Below, in pieces: positions 27,702 to 41,037 of a stretch of 64,000 nt of DNA. The position numbers and the translations under genes were made by a program. Origin of the DNA: Eledone cirrhosa (taxonomy: Eukaryota); the NCBI GenBank assembly GCA_964016885.1, contig OZ024742.1:49972001-50036000 (forward strand), written 5' to 3'. The notes beneath the pieces are model-generated. The model was not told the DNA's origin, searched no databases, and saw nothing but the letters and a program-made list of their open reading frames with translations. Positions within the stretch are counted from its first letter, which is position 1. Each line of letters starts with the position of its first letter.

Positions 27702-27774
27702 TCTGATCTGATGCCTATGTGTGTGTGTGTAATCATTTTACTATAATAAACAACACTATGAACCTAATGATTTC

Positions 27775-27925
27775 TAACTCAGGTATAAGGCCAACAATTT
27801 GTAGGGAGGATGACTCAGATTGTATCCACGCCAGTACATTATTAATACTATATTTTATCGATCTCGAGTAAGTGAAAAGCAAAATTGACTTAAGTGAGAT
27901 TTGAACTCAATGCGAAGATGGCAGG
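27775..27925 (-). mobile_element. Degenerate Nin-like SINE
   Basis: TTTCTAA..ATAAGGCCAACAA, TTTTATCGA, GATTTGAACTCA in the same order as 18001-18172. Confidence 0.6.
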
Positions 27926-28337
27926 AAAAGGTTTGCTAAATAACAGCCGACACACAAACGGAATGTAAAGCCTCCATAAATGTTCCTCAAAGCAAATTTT
28001 CGAAACTTTAATTATTCTGGTCAAATACCCTCATGTTATGGTTAAGGTTTGTAACCTTACACCACATGCTATCTTCGGTTCCTTTGCAATGATTTTGACA
28101 ATTTATCAATATTTTGATAAATTTTCTGACCTAGGAAAGATAACATCAAAAGGTGTGACGATTTTAATTTGGCTAGACTTTAAATCACACACACACGCAC
28201 ACTCAGACACACAAACACACATACACACACAGAGACACACATAGACACACACACACACACACACACACCTCATATATATATATATATATATATGTAAAAT
28301 AAATCAAAGAACGCCTACATACTCCTACCATTTTTAT

Positions 28338-28386
28338 TTGCTGACAATGTTTCATCCTTACCATTGGGCAGGAATCATTAGAACTT
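28338..28386 (-). ncRNA. Type I hammerhead ribozyme with core mutation
   Basis: Minus strand GTT-CTAATGA-T-TCCT-GCC-CAAT-GGT-A-AGGA-T-GAAAC-ATT-GTC^AGC-AAATAAA, about 47 nt before (TA)n. Confidence 0.7.
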
Positions 28387-29102
28387 TATAAACAAAAACA
28401 CAGTGCTGAGTATAAGCTCTACCGAGCTTAGTCACATGAACATTAGAAATACATATGAGAGTAACAAGAGAGAGATCGGAAATGGCGAGTACGGAGAAAG
28501 CGTATATTGGGGTTGTTATTCAGCACTACAGCTAAATGCGGTACAGGCAGAATTATTCACAAGATGCAGAAGCAGATGAGGGCACATAAAAGAAAAAAGT
28601 ATAAACAATAGTTAAAACATATAATAATAAAGTAAAACTAAAATAAAAATATAAAGAGATAAAACAATTAAAAAGAAAACAGAAAAAATGTTAAAGCACA
28701 CAAAAAACAGATGAAGCTATGCGTTGGTCACTATATATAACAGGTGATTTAGTTTTCCATAACTTAGAGTCATAGAAATACTAAATGGCTCCCAAGGTAC
28801 CTTCAGAAAGCCCAAATGGGATTTTATTCATCCCCATAGTATACATAATCAAGGTATACTAGTAGGTTACGGAATGATGTGGACCATGGGTGCTAAACAT
28901 GTATATAGACAGGCACCACATAAATACAAGCCAATCACAAGCAAAGCGGGGTTATTGCATGATCAAGCTAAAGCAAAAGTACATAACAAACATGGTTTAG
29001 TTCCTGAAAATAAGACACATCTGGCGAAGAGTCACTACATATGCATATCTATCGTATAGGTTAGTCGAATCGGTTTCATACGGTCACCAAAACATAACAT
29101 CA

Positions 29103-29206
<104 letters not shown>

Positions 29207-29219
29207 CGCACACACGCAC

Positions 29220-29279
<60 letters not shown>

Positions 29280-29607
29280 CGTGAGAGAGGGAGAGAGTTG
29301 GGTGCATGTGGTTCTGTATTTCTGTTACATTTGAGTATATTTGTAACGTGCCAAATTTGTACATTGTTGTCGTCTCTTCTGTAAGCATCTATCCTTTTGT
29401 ATGTATATATGTTTGTATGTATGCATGTATAAGCCAGACATAAAACCGGCTCAGTAGTTACTGATGATGTTGATCTTTACTTCTTTTCGGGTTATAGCTA
29501 CTGTCGCTCAGAGAGTGGGATTAATTCAGTGCAGAGTCTTTCCTCGCTTTGAAAAAATCTTCACACACAGGCATTGCACGATAGCATTAATAGATAGCAT
29601 TAATTGA

Positions 29608-29815
29608 GGGTGGTGAATTGGCAGTATCGGTAAAGGGTCGGACGCCATGCTTTGACGCATAGAGTTACGGCCCTTGCCATTCTGAGTTCAAATCCTGCCG
29701 AGGTTAACTTTGCCTTTCATCCTTAGGGGGTCGATAAAATAAAGTACCACTAATGTACTGGATAGTTGCTGGCCTTGTGCCAATAGAACTAACAATTACT
29801 TGATAATTATTAATA
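29608..29815 (+). mobile_element. Nin-like SINE copy
   Basis: Complete head GGTGGTGAATTGGCAGTATCGG, B-box, Nin-like domain and ATT tail. Confidence 0.85.
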
Positions 29816-29863
29816 ATGTTATATCGTGAAATGGCCATAAACGATTACGAGGGGGCAACCATC

Positions 29864-29912
<49 letters not shown>

Positions 29913-30140
29913 TGCATGCATGCACGTACGTATGTATGTATGTGTATGTATGTATGTATGTATGTATGTATGTATGTATGTATGTATGTATGTATGTACG
30001 TCGGTATGTAAGTTTATTTTCTTTTAAGTTCGTTAATATTTTTCCTGCTAACTTCCCGGTGGCAAATTTGTAAAAAAGGATCTTTCCGTCCACATTGTGC
30101 AATTGTTCATTATTACGAATGTCTTCCAAGGCCTGAACAT

Positions 30141-30172
<32 letters not shown>

Positions 30173-30177
30173 TATAA

Positions 30178-31957
30178 TGGTAGAACACTGGAAGGTAATA
30201 TCCGTAGTGGTAGAGCACTCAGTCCATGGGACGAGTTAGGTAGAAGTGGTCACACAAAGTTAGTTCACGATACCGAGAACAATAGTTTCACCTTAGCGGA
30301 ACCTCAGCTTGTAATGAACATTGTTATACGGAACAGGTAGGACAACCGTACGAACGCGCAGGTGCAGAAACGAATACTTCACACATGCAATACTAAAATG
30401 CGTGCGAGAGATGTAAGGGAGATAACTGCGAAAGTCCGAAACATTTCTATTTGATACGAAAATTAGGATGTTGTTGTAATTCAATACGGAGCTTTCTAGT
30501 TACGTAATACGTGTTTCGAGACGTGTGGACAACGTGTGAAGAATTCATTTCTCGTGTTTAGGCAATCGCTATTGCATAATCTCTTTAGAATAATTATTCG
30601 TTCCTCAATACATAGTCCACACGACATATTACGTGTTAGATTCCCGGACGTCCACACGGGAATATACCGCGAAGATGGACTGACCTTATCGAGCCATAAA
30701 AGTGGTCACGACCTCTACCGGTTTATAAAAGACTTAGCTTCTACCTTAAATGAGTTAGGACTTAGTATAACAGTAGCTACCAACCTCTCTAGCGTAGATT
30801 TCTTAGACATTAATTTAGACCTTCGCACACACACCTACAAACCCTTCCATAAGCTGAACGAAAAACTCAATTACATTCACACGGACTCATGCCACACTCC
30901 CACTGTTTTTAGAAACATCGCAAATAATATCAGTACTAGAATCTCAAATCTCTCCCCTAATAAGGCTATCTCTGACAGGGTGGCACCCTACTATAACACG
31001 GCGTTAGCTAACAGCAGCTTCTCGCAACCTATCACTTACTCTCCCACTATCAACAACAGCAATAAGAAAAGAAAGCGTAACAATACACAAAATATCTGGT
31101 TCTCTCTTCCCTTCTCACTCAACGTTAAAAGCAATGTAGGCGAAACATTTCTAGCCCTCTTAGATAGACACTTTCCCATAGGTCATAAATACCACTTCAT
31201 CTTTAACCGACACAAAGTAAAACTAGGATACTCCTGCGCTAAGAACATGAAGGCACACATCACCAACAGCCCTAAGAGCAACACTCGTAAGCCCGAGGTT
31301 GGTTCCCTTCAACAGCAATGCAACACACCCGCTGTAGTTTCTGAAGCTGTGGTCACTTCCAACCGACCAAATCAACCACAGGAGGTCAAATCCTACATGG
31401 GTATGGGGGAGGGCCACTTTAAGGAACCCTTCCTGAACCACCAGTCGACCTTGAGGTACACGGACAGATGTTCATCCACGAAACTCGCGAGCCACGTATG
31501 GTCCCTCAATGACTCAGGTATAGACTACTCCATTCAATGGTAAGCCATCACTAAGTCAAAGCCATACGCAAGGGGAAATCTGTCGTGTATGTATTGATGA
31601 ACGCGTAAATATTCTAAAGAGATTATGCAATAGCGATTGCCTAAACAGAAGCAATGAATTCTTCACACGTTGTCCACACGTCTCGAAACACCTCTTACGT
31701 AACTACAAAGCTCCGGATTCAATTACAACAACATCCTAATTTTCTTATCAACTAGAAATTTTTCGAACTTTCGCAGTTATCTCCCTTACACCTCTCGCAC
31801 GCATTTTAGTATTGGCTGTGTGAAGTGATCGTTTCTGCGACAGTGCGTACGTACGATTCTCCTTCCTATTCCGTAAAACCATGTCCATTTGGAGGTGAGG
31901 ATCCGCTAAGGCGAAACAATCGTTGTCGGTATGGTGAACTAACTGTTTTGTAACCAC

Positions 31958-31962
<5 letters not shown>
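30178..31962 (+). mobile_element. 5'-truncated PLE with inverted terminal arm (old)
   Basis: Arms 30241-30630 and 31577-31962 are diverged reverse complements; left-only tail 30178-30240; TA flanks; HHR remnants at 31888-31933 (+) and 30270-30314 (-). Confidence 0.9.
30635..31739 (+). pseudogene. PLE RT C-terminal half + GIY-YIG, disrupted
   Basis: GIYREDG, VDFLDINLDL, IWFSLPFS, YMGMGEGHFK..NH, TKLASHVWSL, stop at 31541, then CIDER..LNRSNEFFTRCPH. The first ~33 codons of the ORF-track call are inverted arm sequence. Confidence 0.88.
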
Positions 31963-31998
<36 letters not shown>

Positions 31999-32684
31999 TA
32001 GATAGATACATAGATAGATAGATACATAGATAGATAGATATTTAGATAGATAGATATGTTTCTTTAGATAGATAGATAGATAGATATATTAATAGATAGA
32101 GATGTATATACACACACATAATTATACATATCAATGTATATATAAACACAGATAATTGTAATTTGTCATTGAAACTCAATAATAAATCTATAAGATTTTG
32201 GTTTCATTTTTTCCTTTTATTTCCCCCTTCCCCAACAAAATATTGAAGTTTGTTTGGAAACAAATAACGAATTTCAATAAGACTTCAATGGCCCACATTC
32301 TTTTTTTTTCTGTTTTCATTAAAAGTATCGGTTAGATTTTTATCTATTCCGTGATATGAAGTAACGCTATCTCTTTTCTTGCATTGATCTTCGAGAACTG
32401 TTCATTAGATTCTGACGCAGTTAATGTTGAAATGCTTCTGTTGGTATACATACACCAATATTCACATGAGTGCAGATGACTAAAAGTAAGAACAAACACT
32501 GAACTATAAATCTTACTACATATAGAGCGGAAAATATAGTCATACGTATGAAGAAATATGCAATAGTCTCACACACACACGTACACACACCCGCACGTAC
32601 ACACGCACAAACACATACATTTACATATAATATACATTTGTTTATGGTATGTAGGTATATATATGTCCGAGCCATGTATGTGGC

Positions 32685-32788
<104 letters not shown>

Positions 32789-33116
32789 TATATAGATAGA
32801 TATATGTGCGTGTGGGGTGTATGTGTATGTATGTGTCTGTTTGTCTTTGTGTGAACATGTATATCATATTTACGTCTGCTTACGCATTGAAAATGATTGA
32901 AAATATAACCCATTAGTGAGTATAAAAAAATTACATTCAATCACGCACACACACACACACAATCTCACACTGGCAAACACTCACAATGTGATTGTATGTA
33001 CATATATACACATATCGAAATATAAATACGAAAAGCACTAAACGGAGCAATTGATTCTATGATAAATAAATTGATTCTATGATAAAGAAATTGATCTATG
33101 ATAAACAAATAAATAA

Positions 33117-33208
<92 letters not shown>

Positions 33209-33447
33209 GTATATATATATATATTTATATATATATGTATATATATATGTATATATATATATATGCATAAATATATATGCATATATATATATAAAGATAT
33301 ATACATATATATACATGTAAAGTTATATTTAAAATTGTTGGGTTACAACTAGTAAATATTTATAACTGATATAAAAGCACTCGACAAATACTTGGAGTAT
33401 ATTTACAATATTAAATAAATGGAAAACTATATTTATAAAACCATATT

Positions 33448-33513
33448 TATTTCATTATATATATTTCGGGGATATCATATTAACAATATGCTATGCCTTC
33501 ATCAGACAAAATA
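33448..33513 (-). ncRNA. Type I hammerhead ribozyme, inverted arm copy
   Basis: Reverse complement of 37615-37680. Confidence 0.82.
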
Positions 33514-33876
33514 CAATATAAACAGTTTTATAGATAAATATATTCGACATACCGTAATAAACATCAACTTCATTTGAAGAGGTTCACTCTAGCAGTGAAA
33601 ATACAGAGAGAAAGAAAGAGAGAGAGAAAAGAGGGAAATAAGAAAGAAAGAAAGACGAAACGAAGAAAAGGAAGAAAAAGAAGAAAAAGAAGAAATGCAT
33701 GGGACAAAATAGAGAGATGGAAAAATAGATAAAGCGAAGAGCTTCATGTAAAGAGACCGAAAGAGATATATATATATATAGAGAGAGAGGAAATAGAGAT
33801 AGATACATATATAAATATAGATATAGAAAAATTAGGTAGTGGGAGGTCATTTTGAGTAAGTGTATCAATGATGCAT

Positions 33877-33911
<35 letters not shown>

Positions 33912-34601
33912 GCTCAAGTATTAATGTAAGGGAGATATAGAGAGATATAGAGAGATATAGAGAGAGAAAAATTTAAAAATAGCCAGACATATTCGAGGCG
34001 TAGAAAACCCTATGTTTTAATGTATTAGTATTTATAAAACTTACACTATATTGTAAATATCAGTATTCCTGAATGAAACAAGTATTCACAATGCGTGAAA
34101 ATTCATTATCTTATGTTTAGTTTTTTTAAAAAATTCATATGTCTATGTGAATCCAACTGATTCACTCCGCAAATTCAAAGTTACCGGAAAACATTCTCAA
34201 TGTGGTATAAACATTTGAGCGTATTATTATTCTTGCGATTACTCTACAAGATTATCTATCAAGCAGAAATAGAGAGCAGATTTCAATATACTAATCGAAA
34301 ATATATATTATATTATAAGCAGAGATAACAATAATAATGATAATAAGTAAAAATATATAAAAATATAAAAATATAGAATAGAAAACTAAAAAAGAATATT
34401 ACGAAAGAATATTACATAATAAAAATATTGCATATTAAAAATACTATGTTTTAAAATTATTACGTATTAAAACTTTACATATAAAAACTTTACATATAAA
34501 AATATTAAAAATAAAAATAAAATAAAATAAAAAATAAAAAATAAAAATATAAAAATATTATAGAATACTACAATACTAAAAGAATAAAAATAAAAATAAA
34601 A

Positions 34602-36098
34602 ATTGAGTGGTTTAGGCAAATTAAATATGACAATAATAATAGGTTTATTCAACTTGATATAGCTAACTATTATTCTTCTATTACCCCTAGTCTACTAAAT
34701 AAGGCACTAAATTACGCATTCAAACATACGGACCTAACTAGCAAAGAAATGCATATTATATTATCGGCTAGGAAAACTTTGATAGAATTTGATGACAAAT
34801 TATGGACCAGAGCAGATAGAGATAGCAATTTTGACATAACTATGGGATCTTCCGACTCAGCTCAAGTAACTGACCTTGTGGGCTTATTTTTAATCAATTC
34901 GCTACATAGGAAAATACCTGGTACTACCGGAGGTTTATATAGGGATGACATGCTTTTACTCATTAATAATAATAACCCTGAACTAAATAGAAAATGTAAA
35001 CAAATTACAAAATTTTTTAATTACTTTAACCTTAAAATAGAAATTGAGAACAACCATAGAATAGTCAATTTCCTAGATATAACATTAAATCTCAACACAT
35101 GTCTCCACTATCCTTTTCACAAGTTGAATGAAAACTTAAACTATGTCAACTTTAACTCTAACCACCCCAGATCTGTCAAAAACACTATAGTAAACTCAGT
35201 CCAAAAGCGTATCTCTAGGATCTCGTCGAATAGAAAGATTTTTGACGAAAAGGCCCAATACTATAATGATGCACTAGCTAGGGCAGGGTATGCTGATAAG
35301 ATTGTGTACATAGATAATGATAAACAAACTAAACAAAGTAACAACTTTTTTAATTATGGCAACAACATTAACAACTATAATAGAAAGCATTACAATAATT
35401 CCAAAGGACAAAAAAGAAATAGAACTAGGAACATAATTTGGTTTGCCCCCCCTTTCTCACTAAACATTAAAACCCACATCGCTAAATTATTTTTCAAAGC
35501 TCTTGATAATCGCTTCCCTAGAACACATAGGTACCACTCAATCTTCAATAGGCATACAATTAAATTAACCTATTCATCCACCAAAAATTTAGCACAAAAT
35601 ATTAATAGAATAAATAATAGGAACTTAAAAACTACTGATAATAGCATAAATAATATACAAGTTAACAAATGCAACTGTAGAGATAGATCTAAATGTCCGT
35701 TAAATAACAACTGCTTAGTTAAAAATATAGTATACAATTGTAATGTTAATACTGACTCTAATTCTTTTAACTACGTCGGTTCCACATCGACGGAATTTAA
35801 ACTTCGCTATAATAACCACAAGAATTCTTTCACAGATCCAAATAAAAAATCTTCAACGGCACTATCAGGTGTACTCTGGCAACTTAAGCTAGATAACGTT
35901 AGATATTCGACGGCTTGGAATATAGTCTCAAGAGGGATTCCTTTTAATTCATCCTCTGAGACATGTGACCTCTGCGCAGAGGAGATATTCTTTATACTAA
36001 AATCTAAAAATTCCCTTAACCTACGGACAAATTTATTCAGTTGTTGCAAACATAGATTAAACTCAACGTTTAAATATAAATTTAAATTTAAAATGTAG
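34602..36098 (+). CDS. PLE reverse transcriptase-GIY-YIG ORF, N-truncated but uninterrupted
   Basis: Frame is open 49 codons upstream of the tracked Met (IEWFRQ..FIQLDIANYYSSI); then ITMGSSDS, LYRDD, CNCR..CPL..CL..IVY, YVGST..FKLRYNNH, CDLCAEE, LNLR..CCKH. Confidence 0.92.
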   Translation: MEWFRQIKYDNNNRFIQLDIANYYSSITPSLLNKALNYAFKHTDLTSKEMHIILSARKTLIEFDDKLWTRADRDSNFDITMGSSDSAQVTDLVGLFLINSLHRKIPGTTGGLYRDDMLLLINNNNPELNRKCKQITKFFNYFNLKIEIENNHRIVNFLDITLNLNTCLHYPFHKLNENLNYVNFNSNHPRSVKNTIVNSVQKRISRISSNRKIFDEKAQYYNDALARAGYADKIVYIDNDKQTKQSNNFFNYGNNINNYNRKHYNNSKGQKRNRTRNIIWFAPPFSLNIKTHIAKLFFKALDNRFPRTHRYHSIFNRHTIKLTYSSTKNLAQNINRINNRNLKTTDNSINNIQVNKCNCRDRSKCPLNNNCLVKNIVYNCNVNTDSNSFNYVGSTSTEFKLRYNNHKNSFTDPNKKSSTALSGVLWQLKLDNVRYSTAWNIVSRGIPFNSSSETCDLCAEEIFFILKSKNSLNLRTNLFSCCKHRLNSTFKYKFKFKM

Positions 36099-37216
36099 TA
36101 TATTTAGTTTGATTTATATTTATATGAGAACTAGCCGATAAATCTTTTGATTCCTAAATCTTTGATTCCCTCTTTTTACTGTTTATTTTATTGTATTTAT
36201 TTTTATTGTATTTATTTTTTATTTTTATTTTTATCTAAACATTCCTCATGAAAAATTAAGCTACCCTAAAAGCCGATGCTCCAAATTTTATGAATTAACC
36301 TTACACTTGATAAACTTATATATTAAATATAGGAACATATGTAGACATTATTGGACATCATAACCTTTTTTTTTTTTTTTTTGCGATATTCCTTGCTAGA
36401 TGTGATTTGATAGATAATTTTTGGCTTTGTCTTGTAGTGAACTTGGCAATATATTGTCAATTAACCTTGAAGGGTTGTTCTTTGTGGTTTATTTTTTATT
36501 TTTATTTTTATTTTTATTTTTATTTTTATTTTTATTTTTATTTTTATTCTTTTAGTATTGTAGTATTCTATAATATTTTTATATTTTTATTTTTTATTTT
36601 TTATTTTATTTTATTTTTATTTTTAATATTTTTATATGTAAAGTTTTAATACGTAATAATTTTAAAACATAGTATTTTTAATATGCAATATTTTTATTAT
36701 GTAATATTCTTTCGTAATATTCTTTTTTAGTTTTCTATTCTATATTTTTATATTTTTATATATTTTTACTTATATTTTTACTTATTATCATTATTATTGT
36801 TATCTCTGCTTATAATATAATATATATTTTCGATTAGTATATTGAAATCTGCTCTCTATTTCTGCTTGATAGATAATCTTGTAGAGTAATCGCAAGAATA
36901 ATAATACGCTCAAATGTTTATACCACATTGAGAATGTTTTCCGGTAACTTTGAATTTGCGGAGTGAATCAGTTGGATTCACATAGACATATGAATTTTTT
37001 AAAAAAACTAAACATAAGATAATGAATTTTCACGCATTGTGAATACTTGTTTCATTCAGGAATACTGATATTTACAATATAGTGTAAGTTTTATAAATAC
37101 TAATACATTAAAACATAGGGTTTTCTACGCCTCGAATATGTCTGGCTATTTTTAAATTTTTCTCTCTCTATATCTCTCTATATCTCTCTATATCTCCCTT
37201 ACATTAATACTTGAGC

Positions 37217-37251
<35 letters not shown>

Positions 37252-37614
37252 ATGCATCATTGATACACTTACTCAAAATGACCTCCCACTACCTAATTTT
37301 TCTATATCTATATTTATATATGTATCTATCTCTATTTCCTCTCTCTCTATATATATATATATCTCTTTCGGTCTCTTTACATGAAGCTCTTCGCTTTATC
37401 TATTTTTCCATCTCTCTATTTTGTCCCATGCATTTCTTCTTTTTCTTCTTTTTCTTCCTTTTCTTCGTTTCGTCTTTCTTTCTTTCTTATTTCCCTTTTT
37501 TCTCTCTCTCTTTCTTTCTCTCTGTATTTTCACTGCTAGAGTGAACCTCTTCAAATGAAGTTGATGTTTATTACGGTATGTCGAATATATTTATCTATAA
37601 AACTGTTTATATTG

Positions 37615-37680
37615 TATTTTGTCTGATGAAGGCATAGCATATTGTTAATATGATATCCCCGAAATATATATAATGAAATA
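37615..37680 (+). ncRNA. Type I hammerhead ribozyme at PLE 3' end
   Basis: TATTTTGT-CTGATGA-AGG-C-ATAGCATATT-GTT-AATATGATAT-CCCC-GAAA-TATATA-TA^ATGAAATA; 8-bp stem I, extended stem II, palindromic stem III. Confidence 0.85.
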
Positions 37681-37720
37681 AATATGGTTTTATAAATATA
37701 GTTTTCCATTTATTTAATAT

Positions 37721-37818
<98 letters not shown>

Positions 37819-37880
37819 ACAATAGTAATAAATAAATAGCATTAAATATGAATATATATATATATATGTGTGTGTGTGTG

Positions 37881-37980
<100 letters not shown>

Positions 37981-38467
37981 CATATATATAGAACAATAGT
38001 AATAAATAAATAACATTAAATATGAATATATATATATATGTGTGTGTGTATATTTATATATATACACACAAATGGACAAAGGAACCTAGAAAACGAAACC
38101 TCTGCCAAAAAAATGTAAATATATATTTCCCTTTATATACTTAGAAATGCTAATTCTTTTCACATATTGAAAATATATCGAAGAGTAGACTTTCTTTTGT
38201 AGCAGCTTCATTTACTAAAGCACATAGGAGATGTGAGGCAATTATGTTTTTGTTCGGACATCAATAGGCTATATAAATGGTTTCAGTATTGAGTAAATAA
38301 TCTGACACATAAATGCTTATCTAAGTAGTTATAGTGAGGTAAAAAAAAAAAAAATCATAACTACAGTCCGCTCATCATAGAGGGCATGGTAGTAAATGTA
38401 GATATTTGGGCAATGTGAATACCAAACGATAATATAAATATTGGTAAACAAATAAGTTTCATATCCT

Positions 38468-38498
<31 letters not shown>

Positions 38499-38523
38499 AT
38501 TTGTATATATATATGTATATTTG

Positions 38524-38659
<136 letters not shown>

Positions 38660-38714
38660 TATAAACATATATATATATGATAAATTATATCCTTATATAT
38701 ATATATGTATATAT

Positions 38715-38745
<31 letters not shown>

Positions 38746-39184
38746 ATTAAAAGTTTAACAAGGTTCAATGAATTCATCAATGAATAAAGTTTCACGATAG
38801 ATTATAAGTACTCTACAGCAAGGTTTATATATATATATATGTTTGTAAATGACATTATTCTTTCTGCCCCATTTCTTTAATCTGTGCAACACCACCATTC
38901 TACACAAATACATGTACTATCATTTGATAATGCATACAGATGCTGAAACCGGTAATAGACAATTATTAAATATATAAATAGATAAATAAATCCCATTGTT
39001 AATTAATAAATAAATCAACTAATACCTTAACACTTCAAACAAAGTAAAACATTTCATTTTAATCATTTTCTAACCCAGAAAAAAGAGAGAGAGAAATAAA
39101 AAAGGAAAACAATATATTTTTCTTCCTAATAATCGTTTTTCTTCCTGTTTTTATATTTTCATATATATATATATATATATATAT

Positions 39185-39785
39185 ATGATAAAGTAATATC
39201 TGTGTGTATACAAAATATGTAACCAAGACTGCCCCAATATGTATAAATATATACACATATCTGATATGTGGAAATGTGAACATGCCAGAAAATACGAATT
39301 TGGCTGTAAATTGAATACAAAAAAGAGCATATTTAATCGATTTCTAATTGGGCACTCATCGGAAGATGTGTATACTATCCAATCAAGGAACATGTATTTG
39401 TTGGGTATACGGACCCAGGCACTCTTAGTTTTATTGTGAAATGGACGTACCTAGTGGCACACAGTTAGCGCTTGTTTTGGTAATTAATTAAGATATATAC
39501 GAAAAAGTGCGCTAGCAGTCGAAGTGTATGATAAAGTTATATCTACATGAATACATTGTGTGTAACTGAGACTGCACCAATGTTTATAAATACAAACATA
39601 TAACTTATATGTGGGCATGCAAATATGGCAGAAAATACGAATCAACATGTAAACTAAAATAATGATAATCAATTTTAATTGATTTTCAGATCTAATTGGA
39701 CTCTCAGCAGAAGACATGTATATCATCCAATCAACCACTCGTTCTTAGTATTATTCTGAAATGGATATACTAATTTGCATATAAT
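39185..39785 (-). repeat. ~343-bp tandem repeat with one hammerhead per unit (retrozyme-like)
   Basis: GATAAAGT recurs at 39187 and 39530; minus-strand CATCTT-CCGATGA..GAAA-TCGA-TTA-AATATG (39328-39368) and CTGCTGA..GAAA (39670-39716). Confidence 0.7.
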
Positions 39786-40598
39786 AAATAAATGAAACAA
39801 AAGAAAAGAAAACGGAGATGCAAAATTACACAGTAATATCAGGTTCACACTTGAAGTAAGTGAAGGAGGTGGAGGAATGAATAACTATCCTATACACTGA
39901 ATAATAGGCTGTACATTTTCACTAGCAAGCCTATTAGTTCATTGAGTGAGTAGTAGCCGGAGCTAGCTGAAGTAAATTCGGTGAGCTTCGTATTCTGTGT
40001 ATATCGTTTCTCCCTCTTTGGCTGAATTGCTTCCTGTGAATGTAGAACATTTTTTACATTTGTTCTTCGATGTTTATATCGCAATTCTGCTCATGTGTAT
40101 ATAAGTTTTAAACTGGTTGAGTGCGGTTTTTGGAGGGAATTCCAGTTTCCATTTAATTCAAACCACTAAAATGTGCTTTTCTCAACATCAGTCCTCCTCA
40201 TGTATAGAGCTGACGTGTCAGTGCAAAATTAAACTGTTAGACTCATTGAGGCTAACTTTCCTTTTAGAGGTTTTCACCTTTAAGACAACAATTTTGGGAT
40301 GGGCAATTCTGCTGTTGACTCGCTGATAACTGATTGCATAATATCTGCTGATATTAGGCAATTATCTGCATGTAACACTTTTAATAACAGCTGTTACAGA
40401 CAGAATGCTGCAGAGAAACATGACCCATCAGGAATTTGATATGGATGTATGATTACCATAAGACAGCCATCTTACTTATTAATTAATTGTGGTGCACTCA
40501 CTGACACATAGCTTGTATTTTCTGACTTGGAAGCCTATTAGTTCATTGAGTGAGTAGGGGCCGGAACACGCTGGATTAAATTCGGTGACCTTTGTAAA

Positions 40599-40690
<92 letters not shown>

Positions 40691-40864
40691 GGCATCTACA
40701 GGACTAGAACTGTTTCATTACAAATTGTCAGGGCTTTCCCGGTGATTTATTTTGAATGAAACAATTGTAGCCCAGCAGAAGCCATTTTTATATTAAACTT
40801 GATGTTTACAGACTACTAATGTATTGAGTACCTTACTATCTGTGGTTACTCCCGGTTGAACCCG

Positions 40865-41037
<173 letters not shown>

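Larger units (their letters stand above)
33317..37724 (+). mobile_element. Young 5'-truncated PLE with 1.2-kb inverted arms
   Basis: 33404-~34602 is an almost exact reverse complement of ~36522-37724; left-only tail 33317-33403; long (TA)n on both sides. Confidence 0.95.

Noticed and set aside
33584-33868. Twin 94-aa hydrophobic ORFs (also 37260-37544)
   Set aside because: Low-complexity 3' UTR sequence duplicated by the inverted arms; identity reflects youth, not coding.
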